From Gammaproteobacteria bacterium (GTDB lineage: Bacteria > Pseudomonadota > Gammaproteobacteria > Eutrophobiales > Eutrophobiaceae), in assembly GCA_965215365.1 (NCBI GenBank), contig CBDCDS010000003.1, positions 1,920,001 through 1,984,000 of the forward strand: a DNA stretch of 64,000 bases, given 5' to 3'. A program made the translations under genes and the position numbers. The notes beneath the pieces were generated by a model that had not been told where the DNA came from, searched no databases, and saw only the letters and a program-made list of their open reading frames with translations. Below are positions 1-8,990 of this stretch, in pieces (positions within the stretch are counted from its first letter, which is position 1; each line of letters opens with the position of its first letter).

Positions 1-567
1 CGGCAACAGTACCCTCAGCGTCAACCCCGATAAAATTGCCCAAGCACAACGCTGGGACGGCCTGCACGGGGTTATCACCAACCTGCCAACATCTACCACC
101 GCCCCCGCCATCTTAAGCCAGTATCGCGGCCTGTGGCAGGTCGAAGATACCTTCCGGGTAAGTAAGCACGATCTCAAGATAAGACCCATCTACCACTGGA
201 CCCCCCGACGCATCGAAGCCCACATCGCCATCGCCTTTATGTCCCTGCTCTGTGTCCGACACCTGCAATACCGCATGACCCTGCAAGCCAAGCCGGTCTC
301 CCCCGAAGTCATCCGCAACGCGCTGGCCCATGTGCAGCACAGTGTCCTGACACATCAACAGACACACCGCCGCTACGTGATTCCCTCCGCCATCAGTGAA
401 ACCGCCCGGCGCCTCTACAAAATCATGGGATTGAGTCACTCCACCACCCCCTACGAGCTCAAATAGCCCGCCCCTGAGAACGCCGAAACAAGGCAATTGT
501 AGTGCCTACGGGTCAACGCGCCTTCAATAAAATCAATCAGTTAGAGAAATAAACCGTCGAAGTCGGG
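1..567 (+). mobile_element. Right part of an IS1634-family insertion sequence (runs off the window start)
   Basis: Transposase C-terminus followed by the end sequence ...GTCGAAGTCGGG (556-567), which abuts a truncated helicase gene. Confidence 0.8.
2..466 (+). CDS. IS1634-family DDE transposase, 3' part
   Basis: Frame from position 2 reads WDGLHGVITNL...YRGLWQVEDTFRVSKHDLKIRPIYHWTPRRIEAHIAIAF, typical IS1634 motifs. Confidence 0.85.
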   Translation, partial: GNSTLSVNPDKIAQAQRWDGLHGVITNLPTSTTAPAILSQYRGLWQVEDTFRVSKHDLKIRPIYHWTPRRIEAHIAIAFMSLLCVRHLQYRMTLQAKPVSPEVIRNALAHVQHSVLTHQQTHRRYVIPSAISETARRLYKIMGLSHSTTPYELK

Positions 568-1296
568 AATAAGAAAGTCCATGTGGCCGGAAGTCAACCC
601 CACGTATTTCTGCATCTGTTCCTGTTCCAGCCGCCGTAATTCCGTAAGGCGACGTGCTCTCTCCCAGAAGGTGTCACTCAGTTTTTCCGAGGTCAGTTGC
701 CACTTGGTTCCTTGCTTGACGATAGGGGCTGGCGACTCCAAAGAAAGAAGTTGTATCGTTTTCTGGATACGGCCATTACTGATATTGATGGCACCAAGAA
801 TCTGAGGAATGGATAGTCCCTCGGGGCAAGCCTCCAAGGCATTGATTACATCTTCTACTTCGTCGTGGGTTGGAAATGCGCTCTCTATAAAGTAGTCGGT
901 GATCTCGGTCTCCTCCTGACCACTCAATAGCACCCCGTAGGCAGAATCAAGCGCCCTCCCGGCACGACCGACCTGCTGATAGTAAGCTACCGCAGAACTG
1001 GGTGTCTGGTAGTGAATAACAAAGGCCAGATCCGGTTTGTCAAAGCCCATACCCAAGGCGGTCGTTGCTACCAATGCTTTTACCTTGTTTTGAAGAAGCG
1101 CATCTTCCAATTCAGGCCGTTGGGCACCGGTCTCACCCGTATAGGTCGCGACATCTAATCCACGGGATTTGAGCCATTCACTCACTCGTTCTGCATCACG
1201 TACAGTGAGTGTATAAATAATCCCATGACCTGATAGCTTTGGCACTTGTGCCGCTAACCATGCGAGGCGTTCAGCCTGGGTCGGTAAACGGATCGT
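568..1296 (-). pseudogene. RecQ-family helicase, middle fragment (helicase C-terminal domain), cut by IS1634
   Basis: ATTALGMGFDKPDL and YYQQVGRAGR motifs; no N-terminal DEAH domain; 3' end runs into the IS1634 end. Confidence 0.8.
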
Positions 1297-1430
1297 TCTC
1301 CGCGCCATCTCCCTTACGAATACGACTGTCATCTTCAGATATGTTGGACAAGGTAGCTTAACTGAGGAAAGAAATCCGTAACTACTCGCCCCCTCCCTCT
1401 AATTCTACTGAATTTTTTGTCAAGGCGTCC

Positions 1431-1459
1431 TTGACAACATAGCGTCATGGCGTTATGTT
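1431..1459 (+). promoter_or_regulatory. Putative sigma70 promoter for the IS-borne methyltransferase
   Basis: TTGACA-17 bp-TATGTT, 7 nt before ATG 1467; the -35 lies within the inverted repeat TTGTCAAGG-cgt-CCTTGACAA. Confidence 0.5.
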
Positions 1460-1466
1460 GGTCGTC

Positions 1467-2147
1467 ATGGGGAATGCGTACCGAGGGTCGAAAGCCACGA
1501 CGGGTCTGTGCCAGCCGCTCATTGCGATGATGCCGCCGCACAGTGTGTACATTGAGACACACTTAGGCGGCGGGGCGATTATGCAGCGCAAGCCGGCGGC
1601 GTTGCGCAACATTGGGATTGATCTTGATGTGCGGGCGTTGGCGGGGTTTACGTGTGGGTATCCGGTGGAGTTGGTGCAGGGGTGTTGTCACCGCTGGTTG
1701 GCGACTTTTCCGTTTGACGGCACGGAGTTGGTGTACAGCGACCCGCCCTACCTGCACAGCACGCGCAAGTCACGGCACCGTTACCGGTATGACTACGAGG
1801 ACTCAGACCATGAGGCGCTGCTGGCGTTACTGCAGGGGCTGCCCTGTGCGGTGATGGTGTCGGGGTATCCTTCGGCCTTGTATGATGAGGTGCTGGCGGG
1901 CTGGCGCAGTGTGTCCTTGCAGGTGATGAATCAGGGCGGGGTGGTGACCGAGCGGGTCTGGTTCAATTTTGTGCCGGACCGGGTGCACTGGGTGCGCTAT
2001 GCGGGGCGCAACTTCACGCACCGCCAGCAGGTCAAGCGCAAGGCTGAGAACTGGGGGCGGCGTTATCGTGACTTGCCCCCGGCCGAGCGGCTGGCGGTGC
2101 TGGCGGCGATGATGGCGGTGGAGGCACAGTGCACATGGCCACGGTGA
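1467..2147 (+). CDS. Dam-like (D12-class) N6-adenine DNA methyltransferase
   Basis: YRGSK, YIETHLGGGAI (motif I-like) and YSDPPY (motif IV); start at 1455 or 1467. Confidence 0.8.
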   Translation: MGNAYRGSKATTGLCQPLIAMMPPHSVYIETHLGGGAIMQRKPAALRNIGIDLDVRALAGFTCGYPVELVQGCCHRWLATFPFDGTELVYSDPPYLHSTRKSRHRYRYDYEDSDHEALLALLQGLPCAVMVSGYPSALYDEVLAGWRSVSLQVMNQGGVVTERVWFNFVPDRVHWVRYAGRNFTHRQQVKRKAENWGRRYRDLPPAERLAVLAAMMAVEAQCTWPR

Positions 2148-3652
2148 ACAAGGCCTCATTGCGTGCGGAGTTCGAGGCCATCCGAATGCGTTTTAAGGCG
2201 TTGTGCGCCGACGGCGCGCTGAGTCCCGAAGGGCGTGCGCTGTTCGAGTCGATGTTGCTGCTATTCGAGTTGCTGCTGGCGGTGTTCTTAGAGAAGACCA
2301 CACCGAAGGGGGCGCACAACTCCAGCCTGCCCAGTTCCCGCACCGACCCCGATGACAGTGCGCGCACACGGCCCGGCAAGCAGGGCAAGGGGCCGCAGAC
2401 CGGGACGGTGCCCAGCGCGTCCCGGCGCGTGGTGGCTCAGACCCGCACGGTGCCCGTGACCGGCTGCCGGGCCTGCGGGCATGATCTCAAAGGCACCGCC
2501 CCCACCGGCCATGTGCGACGAGTCAAGGTCGATATAGTCTTCGAGACGACCGAGTTGACCATTGACGCCGAGATAAAAACCTGTCCGCGCTGTGGCACTG
2601 AGACCCACGGGGCGTTTCCCGATGACATGCCGGGGCCTTTACAATACGGCCCTGGCATCGTGGCTTTCGCCACGCACCTGTTAACGGCCCAAATGCTCTC
2701 GCTCAAACGTACGGCGCAGACACTTCATGCACTGACCGGGCGCGCCGTCGCCGAGGCGACCTTACTGGCCTGGCTCACGCGGGTGCATGAGGCCCTGGCC
2801 GGGTGGGAGCGGGCGGCTATCGCCCGCCTGCTCACAGAGCCCGTGCTGCACGCCGATGAGACCTCCTTGCGCATCGACCGCACACAACACTGGCTGCACA
2901 GCACCAGTGCCGGGAACCTGGTACTGAAACACTGCCACCGCAAGCGGGGCGGGGACGCCCTCAAGGACATCGGCATCGTCCCCCGCTACGGCGGTGTTCT
3001 CGTGCACGACCGCTGGGCCAGCTACTTCGCCTATGACAACTGCGAGCATGCCCTGTGCGGCAGTCACCTGTTGCGTAACTTGGCCTTTATCGAGGACGCC
3101 CACGGCCATGCCTGGGCCCAACGTATGAGCCGCCTCCTGCTCAAGACCTGCCGACAGGTGCGCACACATAAAAACAAGGCACTCAGCGAGACCGACTACC
3201 AGTCCCTGCGCACCCGCTACCGGACTATCCTGACACAAGCCAAACGGGAACTCCCCACACCCCCGAAACGGCTCACCGGCCAACGCGGACGGATTGCCCA
3301 ATGTGAGGCACAAAACCTCCATGATGCCCTCGTCAAGTACGAAACCGAAGTCCTCCGCTTCGCCCGCGACCCCAACGTGCCGTTCACCAACAACCGCGCC
3401 GAACGCGATATCCGTATGGCTAAAGTCAAACAAAAAGTCTCCGGCTGCTTCCGAACCACCGCCTACGCCGACACCTACTGCCGCATCTCCAGCTACTTGC
3501 AGTCTATGACCCTGAAGGGCTACAATCCCCTCGCCGCCATCGAGATAGCACTCAAGGGAGACGCCGCCACCATGGTGGAAAAACCGCTCAAAAATAAAAC
3601 GGTTAAGAAAAACCAGATCAGAACAAGAGATCAGGGTAAGGGGGGCGAGTAG
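2135..3652 (+). CDS. IS66-family transposase
   Basis: Zn-finger CRACG...CPRCG, LHADETSLR, LVHDRWASY, FTNNRAERDIRMAKVKQKVSGCFR. Confidence 0.9.
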   Translation: MATVNKASLRAEFEAIRMRFKALCADGALSPEGRALFESMLLLFELLLAVFLEKTTPKGAHNSSLPSSRTDPDDSARTRPGKQGKGPQTGTVPSASRRVVAQTRTVPVTGCRACGHDLKGTAPTGHVRRVKVDIVFETTELTIDAEIKTCPRCGTETHGAFPDDMPGPLQYGPGIVAFATHLLTAQMLSLKRTAQTLHALTGRAVAEATLLAWLTRVHEALAGWERAAIARLLTEPVLHADETSLRIDRTQHWLHSTSAGNLVLKHCHRKRGGDALKDIGIVPRYGGVLVHDRWASYFAYDNCEHALCGSHLLRNLAFIEDAHGHAWAQRMSRLLLKTCRQVRTHKNKALSETDYQSLRTRYRTILTQAKRELPTPPKRLTGQRGRIAQCEAQNLHDALVKYETEVLRFARDPNVPFTNNRAERDIRMAKVKQKVSGCFRTTAYADTYCRISSYLQSMTLKGYNPLAAIEIALKGDAATMVEKPLKNKTVKKNQIRTRDQGKGGE

Positions 3653-3758
3653 TTACCTTGAAATAAATAAAGGCTTGATCAGTTCAGATTGCTCTATGAA
3701 ATACAGTCATGCTACACTGCCGATTTATTCTGACCTTTCTGATTCGGAGGAAACCACA

Positions 3759-4585
3759 ATGAGCACGTATTCCCCCCCCCCCCCCCCCCCCTTGCTAAAT
3801 TAACAGCCGTCCTGCTGCTGGCAGTACTGGCGACCCCGGCGGGGGCGCAGGCACTGCCGGAGATTAGTCTGCAGATAACCGATCTTGCCAGGAACGCTGG
3901 CAGGACCGCTGAAAGCATTGTTGGACTATCATGCGGGAGAAGTGAGGGCGGAATGCCGGTCCAGATAAAAGCCAGCCAGGACGCAAGCGGCGTGACGGTC
4001 AACGTGATGGCGCATACCGTATCCGGCCATGACCGGTTTCGGGACCTTGGCGTGCCGGCCTACGTCAACAGAGGCGTCTACCGGTCGCGCACCACGGCGA
4101 CCTTTGCGAGCAACTCGACGTCATGGGTTGACCTGAATTCCCTCAGCGGCAATACCGGATCGCCCTGTTTCCCGGACGACAACCTCATCACCGGAGAGAG
4201 CGTGATCCGTGTTGTCTTGCTGCCCGGAACGGGCTACACCATCAATCCGAATATGCGGATGGCTGAGGTCGTCATCTGGGACGGACCCGGCGAAGAGTGC
4301 AGCAGGGTGCGAGGCAATCAAAAACTCTATATGCCCCATCCCCAAGGCGGCATGGCCTGGGGCGTCTGCACCTGCGCCGCGCAGAGCCAGCACCCCAGCG
4401 TCCGGCGGGCCCTGGATCGAACCATCCCCACGCCCGGCGATGATGGGAGATACGGCACCGATGACGACGGGACAACCCCCGCGCCCGCACCGAGTGAGGG
4501 GTTCCTGAGCAACCTGGCCAAACAGTTTCATGATCCCTCTTACCTCTACTGCGAGGGATCGCCGTACAGGGGGTTTGGATCATGA
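3759..4585 (+). CDS. Secreted Cys-containing Calx-beta-like protein, out of frame at a C20 tract (putative phase-OFF)
   Basis: GGAGG RBS, ATG 3759, C20 (3772-3791), then signal peptide LAKLTAVLLLAVLATPAGAQA in frame with ORF 3953-4585; DDNLITGESVIRVVLLPGTGYTI...AEVVIWD resembles Calx-beta. Confidence 0.6.
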
Positions 4586-4789
4586 AGCGTTCCTGATGCC
4601 GGCGGGCTGGAATGGTCAGCATGAAGGCATGAAAGAGGGTACTGTGTCGATAGCCTCGATTGCTGCCCGGGGCGGGAATCCAGTGGAAAAAAGTCCCGAA
4701 GGGACACTTTATAAGGTGTCCCCGGCTGACAACATGCCGGGGGCGGCGCGAGCGACGGTTTGAGCGAATGGATTCCTGCATTCGCAGGA

Positions 4790-4986
4790 CCAATCGGCAG
4801 GATAGCCGAATTGCAAACTACATCCATGTAGTTTGCCCCGATGAGGCCAGCTACGCTGTCCAAATTCGTTCCAGACGAATTTGGACAGCAACAGCTGCCC
4901 GCAGGGTTGCGTCCAGAGCCTGCCTCGGTATGGAGTTGAGCCGGGGGAGGGACGCAATGAGTGACGGCCAGGGGGTGAGTAGTTAC
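4790..4986. repeat. Hairpin-rich MITE/REP-like segment ending in an IS66-type terminal repeat
   Basis: Inverted repeats GCAAACTACAT-cc-ATGTAGTTTGC and GCTGTCCAAATTCGT-tccag-ACGAATTTGGACAGC, then the IS66-type end. Confidence 0.55.
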
Positions 4987-4995
4987 AGAAATCCT

Positions 4996-5298
4996 ATGAA
5001 ACGCACACGTTTAACAACACTTACCCCCCCCAATAGCAACATAGCCCTATTGGCCGCCGTACTGGTGGCCTTAGGCTTGGCCGGGCCAGCCGCCGCGCAA
5101 CTGGTTATTCCGGCTACGACCGGGACGGAAGCCTGCACCCAAGGAGGTTGGACTGAGCTGCGGCCTACCGTAGGAGTGAACATAACTGGCAACCCCACAG
5201 CGAGTAGCGTAACCATTTCTACTCCGGGACTTACCAATGGCAATTTGCGAGACTGGGGTGATCGAGGAGGTGTCTCATCGAGTGGAAAGCCGGTTTAG
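4996..5298 (+). pseudogene. Probably truncated secreted protein with a C8 tract in the signal peptide; separated from its RBS by the IS66 unit
   Basis: MKRTRLTTLTPPNSNIALLAAVLVALGLAGPAAAQ; the GAGGA RBS is left at 1364-1368, on the other side of the insertion. Confidence 0.55.
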
Positions 5299-5476
5299 CT
5301 ACAGGTTTTGGAAAACAAACAGGGCTCGAGTTTATTTCAAACCTGAGTGATGTAGAATGTCTCCCCTGAGCTGTTAACCCGCAGATCTCACCAAGTGATG
5401 CGGGTTAGCACCATCAATGTCGGCGCGAACGCCGACAGGATGTACTGAGCCGCCGCTTCACTGAGAGGATTTTGCC

Positions 5477-6100
5477 ATGACCGATGAAGAACTGAAAGCG
5501 CTGGTTGCCGGCTTGGCCGCCGCGCAAGACCGTACTGATGCCCAGCAGGCGAAGACCGAGGCCAAGCTGGCGAAGACCGAAGCCCTGATTGAAAAAAACG
5601 CCGCGCAGCAGGCGAGGACTGATGCCCAGCTGGCGAAGACCGATGCCCAGCTGGCGAAGACCGATGCCAAGCTGAACCGTCTGGCGGAAATGTACGGCGG
5701 CGTCGGCAACAGCCTGGGGGCGGCAGCCGAGGAGTTCTACCATAACAGCCTCAAGGCCAATCCGGTGCTGGCCGGGGTGCGCTTCGACTTCGTCGACCGG
5801 AACATCACCCGCAGCCGCGCCGGCCTTGAGGACGAGTTTGACCTGCTGTTAGTGAACGGTCGCGAAGTGTTTGTCGTGGAAGTGAAGTACAAGGCACATG
5901 AGAACGACTTGGCGCGCCTGCTGGACCAGAAGGCGCCCAACTTCCGGCGCTTATTCCCGGAACACGCCGACCGCCGGCAGCGCTTGGCACTGGCCGCCTT
6001 CCACTTCCATGACGAGCTGAAGCAGGCGGCCTTAGCGCAGGGCGTGACCGTACTGCAACGCAAGGGCGATGTCATCGAAACCCTGAGAGCAGGGACATAA
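5477..6100 (+). CDS. Coiled-coil + PD-(D/E)XK nuclease-like protein (DUF3782-like), copy 1
   Basis: Heptad repeats (AKTDAQL), then GAAAEEFY...EFDLLLVNG...VVEVK; GAGG RBS. Confidence 0.7.
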   Translation: MTDEELKALVAGLAAAQDRTDAQQAKTEAKLAKTEALIEKNAAQQARTDAQLAKTDAQLAKTDAKLNRLAEMYGGVGNSLGAAAEEFYHNSLKANPVLAGVRFDFVDRNITRSRAGLEDEFDLLLVNGREVFVVEVKYKAHENDLARLLDQKAPNFRRLFPEHADRRQRLALAAFHFHDELKQAALAQGVTVLQRKGDVIETLRAGT

Positions 6101-6205
6101 AGGCGATGGCGATGTGGGCTTCGATGCGTCGGGGGGTCCAGTGGTAGATGGGTCTTATCTTGAGATCGTGCTTACTTACCCGGAAGGTATCTTCGACCTG
6201 CCACA
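6086..6205 (-). pseudogene. Internal IS1634 transposase fragment
   Basis: Reverse complement of window positions ~132-251. Confidence 0.85.
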
Positions 6206-6781
6206 CACGCGGTTATTCGCTGTTGCCGTTGTCGCCAACAGACGAAGATTCGGCGGCAAGGAGCGGATGATACGTTCGAGCAACCGGTAGTGGGGGCGAA
6301 AGTCGTGCCCCCAATCAGAGATGCAATGCGCTTCATCGACCACAAGGAGCGCAATTCGGTTACTGATCTTTGCCAGTACTTGCGCGCGAAAGCGTTCATT
6401 GGCGAGCCTTTCCGGCGATATAAGCAATATATCCACCTCATTGCGGCCAACAGCATTTTCAACATCTTCCCAGCGCTCCTGATTATCTGAATTAACAGTT
6501 TTCGCGTGAACACTCATACGCTCTGCCGCCTTTATCTGGTTACGCATAAGCGCCAGTAAGGGACTGATGAGAAGCGCCGGCCCCATATCTGCTTCACGCA
6601 GCAGTTTCGTTGCAATGAAATAGACAAAGCTCTTGCCCCATCCGGTCTTCTGCACGACCAACAAACGGCTCTTTCCGTTTACGATATGCCGGATGGCTTC
6701 TTCCTGACCTGTGCGGAATTGTGCATCGGATAATCCGGCTCCGAGCCTCAGCAGTTCAAGTGCGCGTTCTGTTTTATACAT
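6206..6781 (-). pseudogene. RecQ-family helicase, N-terminal DEAH fragment
   Basis: QKTGWGKS, ISPLLALMRNQ, VVDEAHCISDWGHDFRPHY, TATA; ends at the IS1634 fragment. Confidence 0.85.
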
Positions 6782-6908
6782 CGGAATTGTGTCTGTTCTC
6801 CATGATTGGGACTCTGTGAAGAAACAGGGACAGGCATGGATCTATTTATCTGTGGTTTTATCTGCGTTACGAAGCGGATGCAATCGAACCCGCGTTCTTC
6901 AACCTTGC

Positions 6909-7105
6909 TCACGCCGTACCAGCACCTTGTTGCTGTGCTTTTCTGGTAACCCAGCGTTGCCATACCGGGTCGTTCTCCCGAAACTTGCGGTAGTAATCAG
7001 CCAGTTCTTTATGACTCATGTGTTTGGTTTCTTCATAGATTCTTCTACGAGCTTCCCGGGTAAACTTTATGCAGTCAAACTTTTTTTGGTTGGCTCACTA
7101 CTCAT
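6909..7105 (-). pseudogene. Small PIN-associated protein (antitoxin-like), frameshifted at an A7 run
   Basis: ATG overlaps the PIN gene end; a 1-nt shift gives KFDCIKFTREARRRIYEETKHMSHKELADYYR... Confidence 0.45.
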
Positions 7106-7601
7106 AGCTGATTTCCTTCGGAGTTCTGATATCGACGATAGAGTAATTCAAATTTCGGTTGACGTCATTGTATGTCTGGATACGTTGCCAGTTTACCATA
7201 TGCTTGAAGTTCCAGCTTGCGATGATATCTACGCCACCCAAACTGGCCAGCGCCACATGCAGGGCATCGTTATAGTGCTTGGGACCAACTGCGCCCGATG
7301 CGATATAGGCTTCTGCGAGTCTGGACGCCTCATCTGATTCCGGCAGCAGTTCAAAATACTGGTCTGGAACAGCATCAGGCATCCCGGATACGTGTGAGGG
7401 GACATCTTCCAGTTCCTTGCGCGTCACTTCGGAGATCACAAGTATGGCTTCGCCCCGACGAAAAGCATCAAACAAGCGACGCGAAGCCTCCCTGAACTCA
7501 TCATCAAAGCACCCGCCAATCACCGATGTATCCACATAAATTCTCGGTTTCGTTACGTAAACCGGCTTGGGCTCTGCGTGACAATCGGAACAATCATACA
7601 A
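7098..7601 (-). CDS. PIN-domain (VapC-like) ribonuclease
   Basis: RIYVDTSVIGG, DALHVALA, IASWNFKH; start uncertain. Confidence 0.8.
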   Translation of the reverse strand: MYDCSDCHAEPKPVYVTKPRIYVDTSVIGGCFDDEFREASRRLFDAFRRGEAILVISEVTRKELEDVPSHVSGMPDAVPDQYFELLPESDEASRLAEAYIASGAVGPKHYNDALHVALASLGGVDIIASWNFKHMVNWQRIQTYNDVNRNLNYSIVDIRTPKEISYE

Positions 7602-7977
7602 CCAACTTTCACCATATCGGCAACGAGTGGTAATCAGTTTAGCAATTTGAAAAAAATACGCGCTATGTCGCAGTTCTTTACTCAGGTACCGGGAGTGCTT
7701 CAGCTCCTCTCATCCGCCGCTGTTTCAAGACCCGGGGCGAGTTCTCGAACACCGAGCAGAACATGAAATCTGACGGTACAGTCGACCTGACCAAGTTCGG
7801 CCGCACCGGGTGCTTCGCGGTGGCCCGCACGCGACAGGACATTGCGGACTGCATGTGCAACGGCAGGCGCAGTGGCACCCGCATCCTCGCCGGCCAGACT
7901 ACGGGCAGCCAGGAAGCAAGGCGACGTTGGGGGTGCGCTGACCTCTCCAGCTGATGCTTGTGTCGGGTGAAGGCCTT

Positions 7978-8873
7978 TTTATTTCAAACCTGAGTGATGT
8001 AGAATGTCTCCCCTGAGCTGTTAACCCGCAGATCTCACCAAGTGATGCGGGTTAGCACCATCAATGCTGGCGCGAACGCCGACAGGATGTACTGAGCCGC
8101 CGCTTCACTGAGAGGATTTTGCCATGACTGATGAGGAACTGAAAGCGCTGGTTGCCGGCTTGGCCGCCGCGCAAGACCGTACTGATGCCCAGCAGGCGAA
8201 GACCGAGGCCAAGCTGGCGAAGACCGAGGCCCTGATTGAAAAAAACGCCGCGCAGCAGGCGAAGACCGAGGCCAAGCTGGCGAAGACCGAGGCCCTGATT
8301 GAAAAAAACGCCGCGCAGCAGGCGAAGACCGAGGCCAAGCTGAACCGTCTGGCGGAAATGTACGGCGGCGTCGGCAACAGCCTAGGGGCGGCAGCCGAGG
8401 AGTTCTACCACAACAGCGTCAAGGCCAATCCGGTGCTGGCCGGGGTGCGCTTCGACTTCGTCGACCGGAACATCACCCGCAGCCGCGCCGGCCTTGAGGA
8501 CGAGTTCGACCTGCTGTTAGTGAACGGTCGCGAGGTGTTTGTCGTGGAAGTGAAGTACAAGGCACATGAGAACGACTTGGCGCGCCTGCTGGACCAGAAG
8601 GCGCCCAACTTCCGGCGCTTATTCCCGGAACATGCCGACCGCCGGCAGCGCTTGGCGCTGGCCGCCTTCCACTTCCATGACGAGCTGAAGCAGGCGGCCT
8701 TAGCGCAGGGCGTGACCGTACTGCAACGCAAGGGCGATGTCATCGAAACCCTGAGAGCAGGGACATAAAGGCGATGGCGATGTGGGCTTCGATGCGTCGG
8801 GGGGTCCAGTGGTAGATGGGTCTTATCTTGAGATCGTGCTTACTTACCCGGAAGGTATCTTCGACCTGCCACA
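7978..8873 (+). repeat. Copy 2 of the ~0.9-kb direct duplication
   Basis: Matches 5331-6205 with a few substitutions and a different coiled-coil repeat array. Confidence 0.9.
8124..8768 (+). CDS. Coiled-coil + PD-(D/E)XK nuclease-like protein (DUF3782-like), copy 2
   Basis: Near-identical to 5477-6100; 214 aa versus 207 aa. Confidence 0.7.
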   Translation: MTDEELKALVAGLAAAQDRTDAQQAKTEAKLAKTEALIEKNAAQQAKTEAKLAKTEALIEKNAAQQAKTEAKLNRLAEMYGGVGNSLGAAAEEFYHNSVKANPVLAGVRFDFVDRNITRSRAGLEDEFDLLLVNGREVFVVEVKYKAHENDLARLLDQKAPNFRRLFPEHADRRQRLALAAFHFHDELKQAALAQGVTVLQRKGDVIETLRAGT

Positions 8874-8990
8874 GGCCGCGGTACTGGCTTAAGATGGCGC
8901 GGGCGGCGATGAGTTGCTCGGCGACATCTTCGGGCGGGAACAGCTCGGGCTGGGTCTCGGCCTGAAGTTTGGCTTTGACCACTTCGGCCG
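8754..8990 (-). pseudogene. Internally deleted IS1634 transposase remnant
   Basis: KAKLQAETQPELFPPEDVAEQLIAAR fused to AILSQYRGLWQVEDTFR... Confidence 0.7.

Larger units (their letters stand above)
1378..3656 (+). mobile_element. IS66-family element (single-transposase, ISBst12-like) with a passenger DNA methyltransferase
   Basis: Terminal inverted repeats GTAACTACTCGCCCCC (1378) and GGGGGCGAGTAGTTAC (3641-3656); IS66-type transposase inside. Confidence 0.85.
1378..4986 (+). mobile_element. Composite IS66 transposition unit ending at a second right end
   Basis: Second end GGGGGTGAGTAGTTAC (4971-4986); identical 8-bp flanks AGAAATCC at 1370-1377 and 4987-4994. Confidence 0.75.
5331..6205 (+). 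repeat. Copy 1 of a ~0.9-kb direct duplication (copy 2 at 7978-8873)
   Basis: Near-identical from TTTATTTCAAACCTGAG through the nuclease gene to ...CGACCTGCCACA. Confidence 0.9.

Noticed and set aside
4660-4995. N-terminal extension of ORF 4660-5298
   Set aside because: It crosses MITE hairpins and the IS66-type end; the credible start is ATG 4996.
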